Position numbers and translations under genes: made by a program. A stretch of DNA of 59,640 nt from Myxococcota bacterium (GTDB taxonomy: Bacteria; Myxococcota_A; UBA796; SXON01), in the NCBI GenBank assembly GCA_040386535.1, contig JAZKFH010000004.1, positions 1-59,640 of the forward strand. The letters run 5' to 3'. Numbering within the stretch: position 1 is the first letter of the stretch; each line of letters begins with the position of its first letter. Of the stretch, positions 50,498 to 59,640 are shown one piece after another. The notes below the pieces were generated by a model, which did no database searches, was not told the DNA's origin, and worked only from the letters and a program-made list of their open reading frames with translations.

Positions 50498-53178
50498 GGG
50501 CCCGGAGGCGCCCCTTCCTCGTGCCCGAGGTGGTGCAGACCTCGGCCATGGACTGCGGGCCCGCGGCGCTCAAGGCGCTGCTCGACGGGCACGGCCTGCC
50601 CGTGAGCTACGGGCGGCTCCGCGAGGCGTGCCAGACGGGGCTCGACGGCACCTCGCTCACCGTGCTGGAGGAGATCGCCGGGGGGCTCGGCCTCCACGTC
50701 GAGCAGGTCATGCTTCCCGTCGACTCCCTCCTCGAGCCCGGCAGCGGCGCCCTCCCCGCCCTCGTCGTGGTCGCCCAGCCGGACGGCTCGCCGCACTTCG
50801 TCGTGGTGTGGCGCAAGGTCGGCCCCTGGGTGCAGCTCATGGACCCCGCGACCGGGCGCCGCTGGGTGTCGGCGCGGCGGTTCCTCCCCGAGGTGTTCGT
50901 TCACGAGCAGGCCGTGCCGGCCGCGGACTGGGGCGAGTGGGCGCGCACCGAGGAGGGCCTCGGGGTGCTCCGGCGCCGCCTCGCGCGCCTCGGGATGCGC
51001 GACGCCGCCGCCGTCTGTGCGGCCGCCGTCGCCGCGCCCGGGTGGGTGGGCCTCGCCGCGCTCGACGCCGCGGCCCGCCTCGTGGACTCGCTCACGGCGG
51101 AGGGCGGGCTCCGGCGCGGCCCGGCGGCCGCGCGGCTGTTGCGAACGTTGTCGGCGACGGGGGCGGCGGACCCGGACGGGCCGATCCCGGCGGTGTACTG
51201 GTCGGTGCGGCCGGTGGTGGGGGACGACGACGCGGAGGAGACCCTCCAGCTCCGCGGGGCCCTGATGGTGCGGATCCTGGGGGTGCGCCCGGTCGAGGAG
51301 CGCGAGCCGCTCTCGCCCGAGCTCGAAGCCGCCGTGCAGGATCGCGGCGAGGCGCCCGTGCGCACGATCGCCGCCATGGTGGCCGCCGGCGGCGGGCTCG
51401 CGCCCCTGCTCCTCGGCGTGGCGCTGGTCGTGGCGGCGGCCGGCGGCCTCGTCCAGATTGTCTTGTTCCGCGGGCTCCTCGATCTGCTCTCGCAGCTCGG
51501 GCTGGTCGAGCAGCGCCTCGGCGGCATCGTGATGATCGCGCTGTTCGCCGCCGCGCTCCTGCTCGTGGAGCTGCCCATCGCAGGCATCGCCCGGGCGATG
51601 GGCCGCGGGCTCGAATACCGCATGCGCACGGCGTTCCTGCGCAAGCTGCCCCGCTTGGAGGATCGCTACCTCCAGAGCCGCCCCAGCTCCGACATGGCGC
51701 AGCGCAGCCACAACATCCATACAATCCGGACGGTGCCCGAGGTCGCGGCGCGTTTGCTGCGGGCGCTGCTCCACCTCGGCGCCACCGCCGCCGGCCTCGT
51801 GTGGCTCGACCCCGCGAGCCTCCCTACCGTCGTGATCGCTACGTTGTTGTGTGTCGCCGTGCCGCTCGCCGTGCAAGGCACGCTGACCGAGATCGACCTG
51901 CGCTTCCGTACGCACGCAGGCTCGCTCGCTCGCTTCTACCTCGACGCCATGCTCGGCCTCGTCGCCATCCGCACCCACGGGGCGGAGCGCTCGCTGCGGC
52001 GGGCGCACGAGGGGCTGCTGACGGACTGGGCGCGGGCCGGCCGGGCGTCGCTCGGCGTGGTCGTGACCGCCGACATCGTCCAGGGGCTCGTCGCCTTCGC
52101 GCTCAGCGCGTGGATCTTCGTCGGCTGGCTGGATCGTTCGGCCGACAACGCGGCCGCGCTGCTCGTCGTGTACTGGGCGCTGGAGCTGCCCGCGATCGGC
52201 GTGGAGATCGGCCAACTCGCGCGGTTGTACCCCGGGCTCCGCAACGTCACGCTCCGCCTGCTCGAGCCGCTCGGGGCGATGGAGGAGACAGAGGTCGGGG
52301 CGGCCCCCGGGGCATCGGCGCGTCGCGAGCTCCCCCGAGGGGCCGCGGTCGGTCTCCATGGGATCACCGTGCGTGCCGGTGGACACACCCTCCTCGAGGA
52401 CGTGGACGTCGCGATCTCTCCGGGCGAGCACGTCGCCATCGTCGGGCCGTCCGGCGCCGGGAAGTCGACCCTCGTGGGCCTGCTGCTCGGGTGGCACCGG
52501 CCGGTCGCGGGGGACGTGAACGTGGACGGCGATCCGCTCGGCGGCGACGTGCTCGCGCGGCTCCGGCAACAGACCGCCTGGGTCGATCCCGGCGTGCAGC
52601 TCTGGAACCGCTCGTTCCTCGACAACGTCGCCTACGGGAACGATGCCCCGGGCGATCTCGGGCCGGTGCTGCGCGCGGCGCGGCTCGTCGAGGTGCTCCA
52701 GAAGCTCCCGGACGGGCTCCAGCAGCTCCTCGGCGAGGGGGGCGGGCTGCTGAGCGGCGGCGAAGCACAGCGCGTGCGGCTCGGTCGGGCGCTCCTGCGC
52801 CACGACGCGCGGCTGGTGATCCTGGACGAGCCGTTCCGCGGCCTCGACCGCGACACGCGGCACACCCTGCTCGCGGAGGCCCGCCGCTGGTGGGGGGGCG
52901 CCACGCTCCTGTGCGTGACGCACGACGTGGGCGAGACCCGCGCGTTCGAACGTGTGCTCGTCGTAGAGGACGGCCGGGTCGTGGAGGACGGCGCCCCCGA
53001 CGTGCTCGCCGCCCGCCCCGACTCCCGCTACCGCGCGCTCCTCGACGCGGAGGCCGCGGTGCACGCCGAGTTGTGGGCGGCGACGACGTGGCGGCGGTTG
53101 CGGTTGGAGGGGGGGCGGGTGTGTGAGGGGGAGCTCGACGTGCCGGCGGGCGCGGTGGGGGGCACGGACCATGGGTGA
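50494..53178 (+). CDS. Peptidase-containing ABC transporter (C39 peptidase + TMD + NBD)
   Basis: VQTSAMDCGPAAL (Cys), PHFVVV (His), LMDPATG (Asp); GPSGAGKST, LSGGEAQR and ILDEP; GTG 50494 overlaps the HlyD stop. Confidence 0.93.
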   Translation: MRARRRPFLVPEVVQTSAMDCGPAALKALLDGHGLPVSYGRLREACQTGLDGTSLTVLEEIAGGLGLHVEQVMLPVDSLLEPGSGALPALVVVAQPDGSPHFVVVWRKVGPWVQLMDPATGRRWVSARRFLPEVFVHEQAVPAADWGEWARTEEGLGVLRRRLARLGMRDAAAVCAAAVAAPGWVGLAALDAAARLVDSLTAEGGLRRGPAAARLLRTLSATGAADPDGPIPAVYWSVRPVVGDDDAEETLQLRGALMVRILGVRPVEEREPLSPELEAAVQDRGEAPVRTIAAMVAAGGGLAPLLLGVALVVAAAGGLVQIVLFRGLLDLLSQLGLVEQRLGGIVMIALFAAALLLVELPIAGIARAMGRGLEYRMRTAFLRKLPRLEDRYLQSRPSSDMAQRSHNIHTIRTVPEVAARLLRALLHLGATAAGLVWLDPASLPTVVIATLLCVAVPLAVQGTLTEIDLRFRTHAGSLARFYLDAMLGLVAIRTHGAERSLRRAHEGLLTDWARAGRASLGVVVTADIVQGLVAFALSAWIFVGWLDRSADNAAALLVVYWALELPAIGVEIGQLARLYPGLRNVTLRLLEPLGAMEETEVGAAPGASARRELPRGAAVGLHGITVRAGGHTLLEDVDVAISPGEHVAIVGPSGAGKSTLVGLLLGWHRPVAGDVNVDGDPLGGDVLARLRQQTAWVDPGVQLWNRSFLDNVAYGNDAPGDLGPVLRAARLVEVLQKLPDGLQQLLGEGGGLLSGGEAQRVRLGRALLRHDARLVILDEPFRGLDRDTRHTLLAEARRWWGGATLLCVTHDVGETRAFERVLVVEDGRVVEDGAPDVLAARPDSRYRALLDAEAAVHAELWAATTWRRLRLEGGRVCEGELDVPAGAVGGTDHG

Positions 53179-55354
53179 GCCCGCGGTCTCCCGGGTAGAC
53201 GGCGAGCGTGCGGTCCTGAAGACGGACCGCGGGCTCGCGCACCGTCTGCACGCCCTGACGTGGGCCTTGGAGGATCTCGGCGAGACGCTCGCCCTCCTCG
53301 CGGCCGACGTTGGCGCGCCGGGGGGGACGCCGCTCCCGCTTCCGCCGGCACTCACGACGGACGCCGACGCGCGTGACCGGTGGCTCCAAGGCGCGGCGGC
53401 GTGGCATGGCGCCGAGGCCGATCCCGTGCATGTCTACGGCGCCGATCTCGTCGCGTTCGCGCGCGCGTCCGGCCCCGCGATCCTCACCGTGGGGCCCATC
53501 GCGGCGCGGCGCCTGCTGGTCGTGCGCGGCCGCGACTGGCGCGGCGTTCGGGTGGTGGCGCCCGACCTGCGCGAGCGGCGCGTGGCGGTCGCCGACGTGG
53601 TCGCGGCCCTGCTCGCGGACGTCGAGGATCACGTCCACGCCGACATCGACGGCCTGCTCGACGCGACGGGGCTCCGGGGGCGGGGCCGCGCCCGGGTCCG
53701 CCGCTCCCTCCTGCACGCGCGGACCCGGGGCTGGCGGTTCTCGTCGGGGTGGCTGGTGCGCCTGCCCGCGTCCGCCACCGTCGCGGAGCAGGCGCGGGCC
53801 ACCGGCGTCTACGGGCGCGTCACGATGCTGGCGGCGGGGCACGCCGTCGCCTACGCGCTCGGCCTCGCCGCCTGGGCGATGATCGGCCGCGGCGCGCTCT
53901 CCGGGCGCCTCGACATCGGCTGGCTCGCGGCGTGGGCGCTGCTCGTCGTCACGCTCGTGCCGGTGCGGACGGCGCTCACGCGCGCAGAGGGCCTGCTCGC
54001 GCTCGATCTGGGCGCGCTCCTGAAGCAGCGGCTGCTGGTCGGCGCGCTGCGCCTGGAGCCCGAGGAGGTGCGCCACCAGGGCATGGGGCAGCTGCTCGGC
54101 CGGGTCATCGAGTCCGAGAACGTGGAGAGCCTCGCCACGAGCGGCGGCCTGCTCGCCGGGTTTGCCGTGCTGGAGCTGATCCTCGGCACCGCTGTGCTCG
54201 CGGCGGGCGCGGGCGGCGCGTGGCATGCGGCGCTGTTGCTCGTCTGGGTCCTGGGGGTGTGCGGGCTCGGCGCCGTCTACTTCCGCCGCCGCGTCGTGTG
54301 GAGCGGCGCCCGCCTCGGGATGACCAACGATCTGGTCGAGTCCCTCGTCGGCCACCGCACGCGCCTCGCCCAGGCCGATCCTGCACGCTGGCATGACGAC
54401 GAGGACACCGCGCTGGCGGGCTACCTCTCGGCCTCCACGAAGATGGACGGGACCGCGTCCTGGCTCGACGCGCTGGCCCCGAGCGGCTGGATCGTGCTCG
54501 GCCTGCTCGGGCTCGCCCCGGCGCTGGTGTCCGGCCCCGCGGACAGCGCCGCCATCGCCGTGTCCGTGGGCGGCGTGCTCCTTGCGTACGGGAGCCTGCG
54601 CCAGTTCGTCGCGGGCGTGTCCTCGCTCGCGGGCGCGGGCATCGCCTGGGAGCAGGTGCGGGCGCTGTTCTGGGCGGCCGAGCGCGCCGAGCCGTTGGCG
54701 CGCCCGATGGTGCTCGGAGCGCGCGCGGATCGCGACGATCGCGCGCCGCTGCTCGAGGCGCACGGGCTGGCCTTTCGCCACGCCGGCCGCGGCGCGCCCG
54801 TGTTCGCCGATGTGGACCTCGTCCTCCGGCCCGGCGATCACGTCCTGTTGGAGGGGCCGTCGGGCGGCGGAAAGTCCACGCTCGGGAGCCTGCTCGCGGG
54901 GCTGCGTGTGCCGAGCGCGGGCCTGCTGGTGCTCGGGGGGCTCGACCGCCGCACGCTCGGCCCCGACGGCTGGCGCGCCCGCATCGTGACCGCGCCGCAA
55001 TTCCACGAGAACCACGTGCTCGGTGGCACCGTCGCGTTCAACCTCCTCCTGGGGCGCACTTGGCCGCCGCGGGACGAGGACCTCGCCGACGCCGAGGCGA
55101 TGTGCCGCGAGCTCGGCCTGGGCCCCCTCTTGGAGCGCATGCCTTCCGGGTTGTCGCAGATGGTCGGCGAGACCGGCTGGCAACTCTCCCACGGCGAGAA
55201 GAGCCGCCTCTACATCGCGCGCGCGCTGCTCCAGAACGCCGACGTCGTGGTGCTCGACGAGAGCCTCGCCGCGCTCGATCCCGACAACCTGCGGCGGGCG
55301 TTGCGGTGTGTGTTCGCGCGGGCGCGGGCGGTGGTGGTGATTGCGCATCCGTGA
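53171..55354 (+). CDS. Second ABC transporter subunit (N-terminal domain without C39 catalytic Cys + TMD + NBD)
   Basis: GPSGGGKST, degenerate signature LSHGEK, VLDES and IAH; ATG overlaps the upstream stop. Confidence 0.9.
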   Translation: MGEPAVSRVDGERAVLKTDRGLAHRLHALTWALEDLGETLALLAADVGAPGGTPLPLPPALTTDADARDRWLQGAAAWHGAEADPVHVYGADLVAFARASGPAILTVGPIAARRLLVVRGRDWRGVRVVAPDLRERRVAVADVVAALLADVEDHVHADIDGLLDATGLRGRGRARVRRSLLHARTRGWRFSSGWLVRLPASATVAEQARATGVYGRVTMLAAGHAVAYALGLAAWAMIGRGALSGRLDIGWLAAWALLVVTLVPVRTALTRAEGLLALDLGALLKQRLLVGALRLEPEEVRHQGMGQLLGRVIESENVESLATSGGLLAGFAVLELILGTAVLAAGAGGAWHAALLLVWVLGVCGLGAVYFRRRVVWSGARLGMTNDLVESLVGHRTRLAQADPARWHDDEDTALAGYLSASTKMDGTASWLDALAPSGWIVLGLLGLAPALVSGPADSAAIAVSVGGVLLAYGSLRQFVAGVSSLAGAGIAWEQVRALFWAAERAEPLARPMVLGARADRDDRAPLLEAHGLAFRHAGRGAPVFADVDLVLRPGDHVLLEGPSGGGKSTLGSLLAGLRVPSAGLLVLGGLDRRTLGPDGWRARIVTAPQFHENHVLGGTVAFNLLLGRTWPPRDEDLADAEAMCRELGLGPLLERMPSGLSQMVGETGWQLSHGEKSRLYIARALLQNADVVVLDESLAALDPDNLRRALRCVFARARAVVVIAHP

Positions 55355-55898
55355 GTCCGCGGGGAATCGGGGCGCGTCCGGGCGCGGACGCCCGGGCGGC
55401 ACCTTTCCGGCGCGCGCTTTGCGCATGGGTAGCGCAAGTGATCTCCAGCACCGGGGCGAACCTGGGCCGCGGCCGCAAGGAGCGAGGAGGGAGCATGCCC
55501 GTAGGCATGTGACCGACGAGCGACGCCGCGGACGCGAGCCCAGGGGCGGCCGAATGCGGACATTATTGAGGAGCGGGCCCCTTGGTCCTGCCGAGGACGG
55601 CCGGGACCGGCCGCGCCCGAGCGCGCGTCCGCCGTACAGGCGCCTCGCGCGGGGCGGCTCGCGTCATCTCCGGTGTGATCACTTTCTGTACGTCTGCGCA
55701 GGTAAGCGCGTTGACTTGCGCGACCTGGCACACGGCGCCGACCTTCATCACCCAACGCTCGGGCGGCACGGGACCGGCCGGTGCCGGCGAACATCGCCTC
55801 CGTGACCGCGTGACGGCCAACATCGGCGATCATCCGGGATGATCCCGCCTCCGTGACCGCGTGGCGGCCAAGCGGGCGGAAACGCGAGCCGCTCGGCC

Positions 55899-56152
55899 CG
55901 GACCGTCTTCACGGTGTGCACGGTGGTGTGGGTCAGCAGCCACTCGTTGAAGGACTGGAGCACCTCGGCGAGCGCGGAGCGTTGGGGTGCAGCGCCTCGC
56001 GGTAACCGCGCCGTGAACCTGCCCGCGCCGTGGCAGTCTGGAACCACCGTTGCTACCGCACGCTCAAGGCGCTGTACCCCGCGGTGCGGGCGGAGAAGGG
56101 CAACAACCACAACGCGCTGGACGACGCCCGCAACCAGGGGGAGCAGATCATC
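55899..56152. pseudogene. Fragmented remnant of a DEDDh 3'-5' exonuclease (DUF5051/Rv2179c-like)
   Basis: Plus strand RAVNLPAPWQ-[frameshift at 56037]-WNHRCYRTLKALYP...HNALDDARNQ; minus strand ALAEVLQSFNEWLL. Confidence 0.55.
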
Positions 56153-56300
56153 CCCCCGGCCGCGATGACGTCGGGTGGTCCTCTCACGCGGAGCCGCGGG
56201 CCGGGGGTGAGGCGCTCGATGACCCTACGCCTCCCCCGCCCGGTCGATCGCGACGGCACTCGCGGTCGGGTTCGGGACAGCGAGCTCGCCTGGTTCCAAT

Positions 56301-56819
<519 letters not shown>

Positions 56820-56952
56820 GGCGGCGACCGTATTCGGCGGGTTGCGGGAAGGCAACATCCTGGGGGAAGGCGTAATTTCTCGGGCCGTGGCGGCGCCGCT
56901 CGGGGCGCCGGGCACCGCGGCCCACGCCGGTCGCCCAAGCAACCTCCGCCGC

Positions 56953-56968
56953 TGGCATGCCCCTTGCT
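56953..56968 (+). promoter_or_regulatory. Sigma-54 promoter
   Basis: TGGCAT-gcccc-TTGCT, 23 nt before ATG 56992. Confidence 0.65.
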
Positions 56969-56991
56969 TTCCACGTTGGTAGAGGTTCCCC

Positions 56992-57705
56992 ATGCGCCTG
57001 TTCGTCCTCGCTCTGCTGCTCTCGCCCGGCGCCGCGCTGGCGTGCTCGATGATCCCCAGCTCGCCCAACCTGGGGCTCCCGGGCCGGGCGGCGGGGCCGG
57101 ACGCGGTGTTCACCGGGAGCGGGGAGGCGCACCTCCTGGGCGCCGACGAGATGCCGATCGACGTGACGCGCACGCCGTACACGGTCGAGGGCGAAGGCGA
57201 GGCCGGGGCCCTGCTGGTGCCGGTCGCGCCGCTGGCGCCCGGTGTGTACCACGTGGCTCCGTGCGATTACGGCGTGGCTTGCGAGGCGACGATCACGGAG
57301 GGCGCGGGCGATCCCGGCGTGCCGCCGGAGGCGCCGGTGCTCACGTTCGAGCCTATCCGCATCGCGACGGGACAGAATTCCGATTGCGGCCCGACCGTGC
57401 CCGGCACCAACGTGGGCGTCGAGAGCGGCGCCCATGTCGTGGTCTTCGCGGCGGCGCCGGTCGACACGCTGGCGGACGCCGAGCTGCTCGGCTTCGCACG
57501 GCCGGAGGACGGCGAGCCCGGGCGGTGGATCACCCAGCACGAAGGCGACGTGTTCGCCGCCGCCATCGACGCGGAGGGCGAGCTGTCGGAGTGGACCGGC
57601 CCGCACGCGATCGCGCCCGGCGGCTGCTCCACCTCGGGGGGCGCGCCGCTCGGCTTCGCGGCGCTCTTGGCGTTCGCGGCCGTCGGGAGGCGGGCGCGGC
57701 GGTGA
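56992..57705 (+). CDS. Secreted protein with MYXO-CTERM-like tail
   Basis: Signal peptide ending ALACS; C-terminal GGCSTSGG-hydrophobic-RRARR. Confidence 0.8.
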   Translation: MRLFVLALLLSPGAALACSMIPSSPNLGLPGRAAGPDAVFTGSGEAHLLGADEMPIDVTRTPYTVEGEGEAGALLVPVAPLAPGVYHVAPCDYGVACEATITEGAGDPGVPPEAPVLTFEPIRIATGQNSDCGPTVPGTNVGVESGAHVVVFAAAPVDTLADAELLGFARPEDGEPGRWITQHEGDVFAAAIDAEGELSEWTGPHAIAPGGCSTSGGAPLGFAALLAFAAVGRRARR

Positions 57706-57765
57706 AGGGGTAGGGGGCGCGGGTAGGGCGGCGGCGCGCGGCGCCACCCAGGAGGACCGGCACGA

Positions 57766-57914
57766 CCGGCCGAGGTCGGGGGATGCGGTTTCATCCCCTC
57801 ACTTCGGACGGTATGTCCGGCCGAGATCGGGGGATGCCCGCCTATCCCCTCACTTCGGACGGTATGTCCGGCTGAGGTCGGGGGATGCACGGGCATCCGG
57901 TCACTTCGGCCGGT
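57766..57914. repeat. 51-bp tandem repeat x3 with internal hairpin
   Basis: Units start at 57766, 57817 and 57868: ccggccgaggtcgggggatg...atcccctcacttcggacggtatgt. Confidence 0.85.
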
Positions 57915-57972
57915 CCGTGCCCTACCTCGGGAACACGGCGCCGCCGCCCGCCCGACCCGCGAGGCGCCGAGC

Positions 57973-58031
57973 TTGACGTTCTCGGGGGGCACCGGTAGGT
58001 TCACCACGATGTTTGTTCGTCGGTTGAACAA
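57973..58031 (+). promoter_or_regulatory. Sigma-70-type promoter and ROK-type operator
   Basis: TTGACG(57973)-N17-TAGGTT(57996); palindrome TTGTTC-N7-GAACAA at 58013-58031. Confidence 0.65.
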
Positions 58032-59331
58032 TCACGGCCGCCCCTCCGCCCTGGCCGCGGGTTGGGATGACCTGCGCGCCCACAACACCGCACTCCTGCT
58101 GCGGGCGATCTGGTCGGAGGAGGGCCTGTCGCGGGCCGATCTGGCGCGGCGGTCGGGGCTGTCGCGGGCCACGGTGTCGGACATCGTGGGCGGGTTCGTC
58201 GACCTGGGCGTGGTGATCGAGGCGGGCGCGGACTCGACTCCGGAGGTGGCGCCCTCGAGCGGCGGCCGGCCGCCCATCCGGCTCGAGTTCCACGACGGGT
58301 GGCGGCACCTGATCGGGGTGGAGCTCGGCGCCGAGCACGTGTCGGGCGTGCGCACCGATCTGCGGGGGCGGGTGCTCGGCCGGTTCGTGGTGGAGCGCGA
58401 CGTGGAGGGGGATCCCGCGGGCACGCTCGCGGCGATGGACGCGGGCATCCGCACGCTGCGCGCGATCGCGCCGGAGACCGCGGTGATCGGGATCGGGCTG
58501 GGGGTGGCGTCGCCGCTGCGCTTCGGCGACCACGGGCGCCTCGCGACGCACCTGTTCCCGCGGTGGTCCGGGATCGATCTCAACGCGCACCTCGCCGGCG
58601 CCCACGCGCTCCCCGTGCGCCTCGACAACGACGCGAACCTCGGCGCGCTCGCGGAGCACTGGTGGGGCGCCGGGCGCGACGTGAGCGACCTCGCGTTCAT
58701 CAAGCTCGCCACCGGCGTCGGCGCGGGGATCCTCATCGGGGGGGACATCCACCGCGGGGCGACCGGCATCGCCGGCGAGATCGGCCACACGACCATCGAC
58801 ACGGCCGGTCCACGCTGCCGATGCGGGCGCAACGGATGCCTGGAGGCGTTCGTCGGGAGCGCGCAGCTGTTGGAGAGGGCCCACGAGCGGCTGGCTGCCG
58901 ACCCGGACGGCGACGAGGAGCGGCCCGCGTGGGCGTTGCCCCGCGCCACCGTGCACACCCTGGTCGCGGGCGCCCGCGCGGGCGATCCCGTGGCGCGCGA
59001 GCTGGTCACCACCGCGGGGACGTGGCTCGGCGTCGCGATCGCCAACCTGCTCAACCTCGTTAACCCCGGCCGGGTCGTGCTCGGCGGGCCCCTCACCGAG
59101 GCGGGGCCGCTGCTCGTGGGGCCGCTGACCCGCGCGCTCGAACAACGCGCGCTGTTCACGTCGGTGGCGGGGTCGAGCGTCGTGGTCAGCGCGCTCGGGG
59201 ACGACGCCGTGGCGATCGGCGCCGCGACGCTGGTGCTCCAGGGCGCGCTGTCCGATCCGACCCTTTTTCTCGGGAGCGAGCGCGCCGAGCGCCCCCCCTT
59301 CCGTGTCAGCGCTCCCCTGCTCCCAGCATGA
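58009..59331 (+). CDS. ROK-family transcriptional regulator (XylR/NagC-like)
   Basis: SRADLARRSGLSRATVS HTH, GGRPP, NDANLGALAE and GEIGH...CRCGRNGCLE. Confidence 0.93.
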   Translation: MFVRRLNNHGRPSALAAGWDDLRAHNTALLLRAIWSEEGLSRADLARRSGLSRATVSDIVGGFVDLGVVIEAGADSTPEVAPSSGGRPPIRLEFHDGWRHLIGVELGAEHVSGVRTDLRGRVLGRFVVERDVEGDPAGTLAAMDAGIRTLRAIAPETAVIGIGLGVASPLRFGDHGRLATHLFPRWSGIDLNAHLAGAHALPVRLDNDANLGALAEHWWGAGRDVSDLAFIKLATGVGAGILIGGDIHRGATGIAGEIGHTTIDTAGPRCRCGRNGCLEAFVGSAQLLERAHERLAADPDGDEERPAWALPRATVHTLVAGARAGDPVARELVTTAGTWLGVAIANLLNLVNPGRVVLGGPLTEAGPLLVGPLTRALEQRALFTSVAGSSVVVSALGDDAVAIGAATLVLQGALSDPTLFLGSERAERPPFRVSAPLLPA

Positions 59332-59640
59332 GGTACCCCGTGCGTTCCATCCCGCTCCACCGCGTCGTGTCCCTGCTGGCGCTCGCCACGCTCGGCGCAT
59401 GCGACCCCAAGCCGGTCGAAGCGGTGGACGACACGGCCGCGACGGAGACCGACACCGACACCGATACGGACACCGATACCGATACCGATACCGATACCGA
59501 TACGGATACGGACACCGATACCGATACGGACACCGATACCGATACGGACACCGATACCGATACCGACACGGACACCGATACCGATACCGACACGGACACG
59601 GACACGGACACGGACACGGACACGGACACGGACACGGACA
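59328..59640 (+). CDS. Lipoprotein with (DT)n linker, truncated by the window end
   Basis: ATGA overlap with the ROK stop; MRYPVRSIPLHRVVSLLALATLGAC followed by a DT tract. Confidence 0.8.
   Translation, partial: MRYPVRSIPLHRVVSLLALATLGACDPKPVEAVDDTAATETDTDTDTDTDTDTDTDTDTDTDTDTDTDTDTDTDTDTDTDTDTDTDTDTDTDTDTDTDTDTDTD

Noticed and set aside
47944..53355. 1803-aa minus-strand ORF
   Set aside because: Antisense shadow of the GC3-rich oxygenase/HlyD/ABC genes; no motifs
57766..57914. 51-bp repeats as a mini-CRISPR
   Set aside because: Variable parts are only a few nt within hairpin loops, far too short for spacers

Overview
Very GC-rich bacterial DNA, most likely from a Myxococcota-like organism. 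This is inferred from MYXO-CTERM-type tails, (Asp-Thr)n linkers, many Cys-rich lipoproteins, MopE-type repeats and sigma-54 promoters. Most of the window encodes secreted or lipoprotein accessory genes. The standout is a compact candidate RiPP locus at 47.9-55.4 kb: a 17-aa ORF too short for the ORF track (MKIKSTVRAG-LGFRASR, strong RBS), a JmjC-type Fe(II)/2OG oxygenase, an HlyD adaptor, a C39-peptidase ABC transporter and a second ABC subunit. Also notable are a divergent, sigma-54-type lipid locus (ceramidase and FAD oxidase-SRPBCC fusion opposite three membrane desaturases), a RAYT-like HUH nuclease next to REP-like palindromes, an FA2H-like hydroxylase, an apparently leaderless autoregulated ROK gene, and several gene remnants. 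No rRNA, tRNA or CRISPR array was recognised. All family calls come from motifs read by eye; no searches were run.
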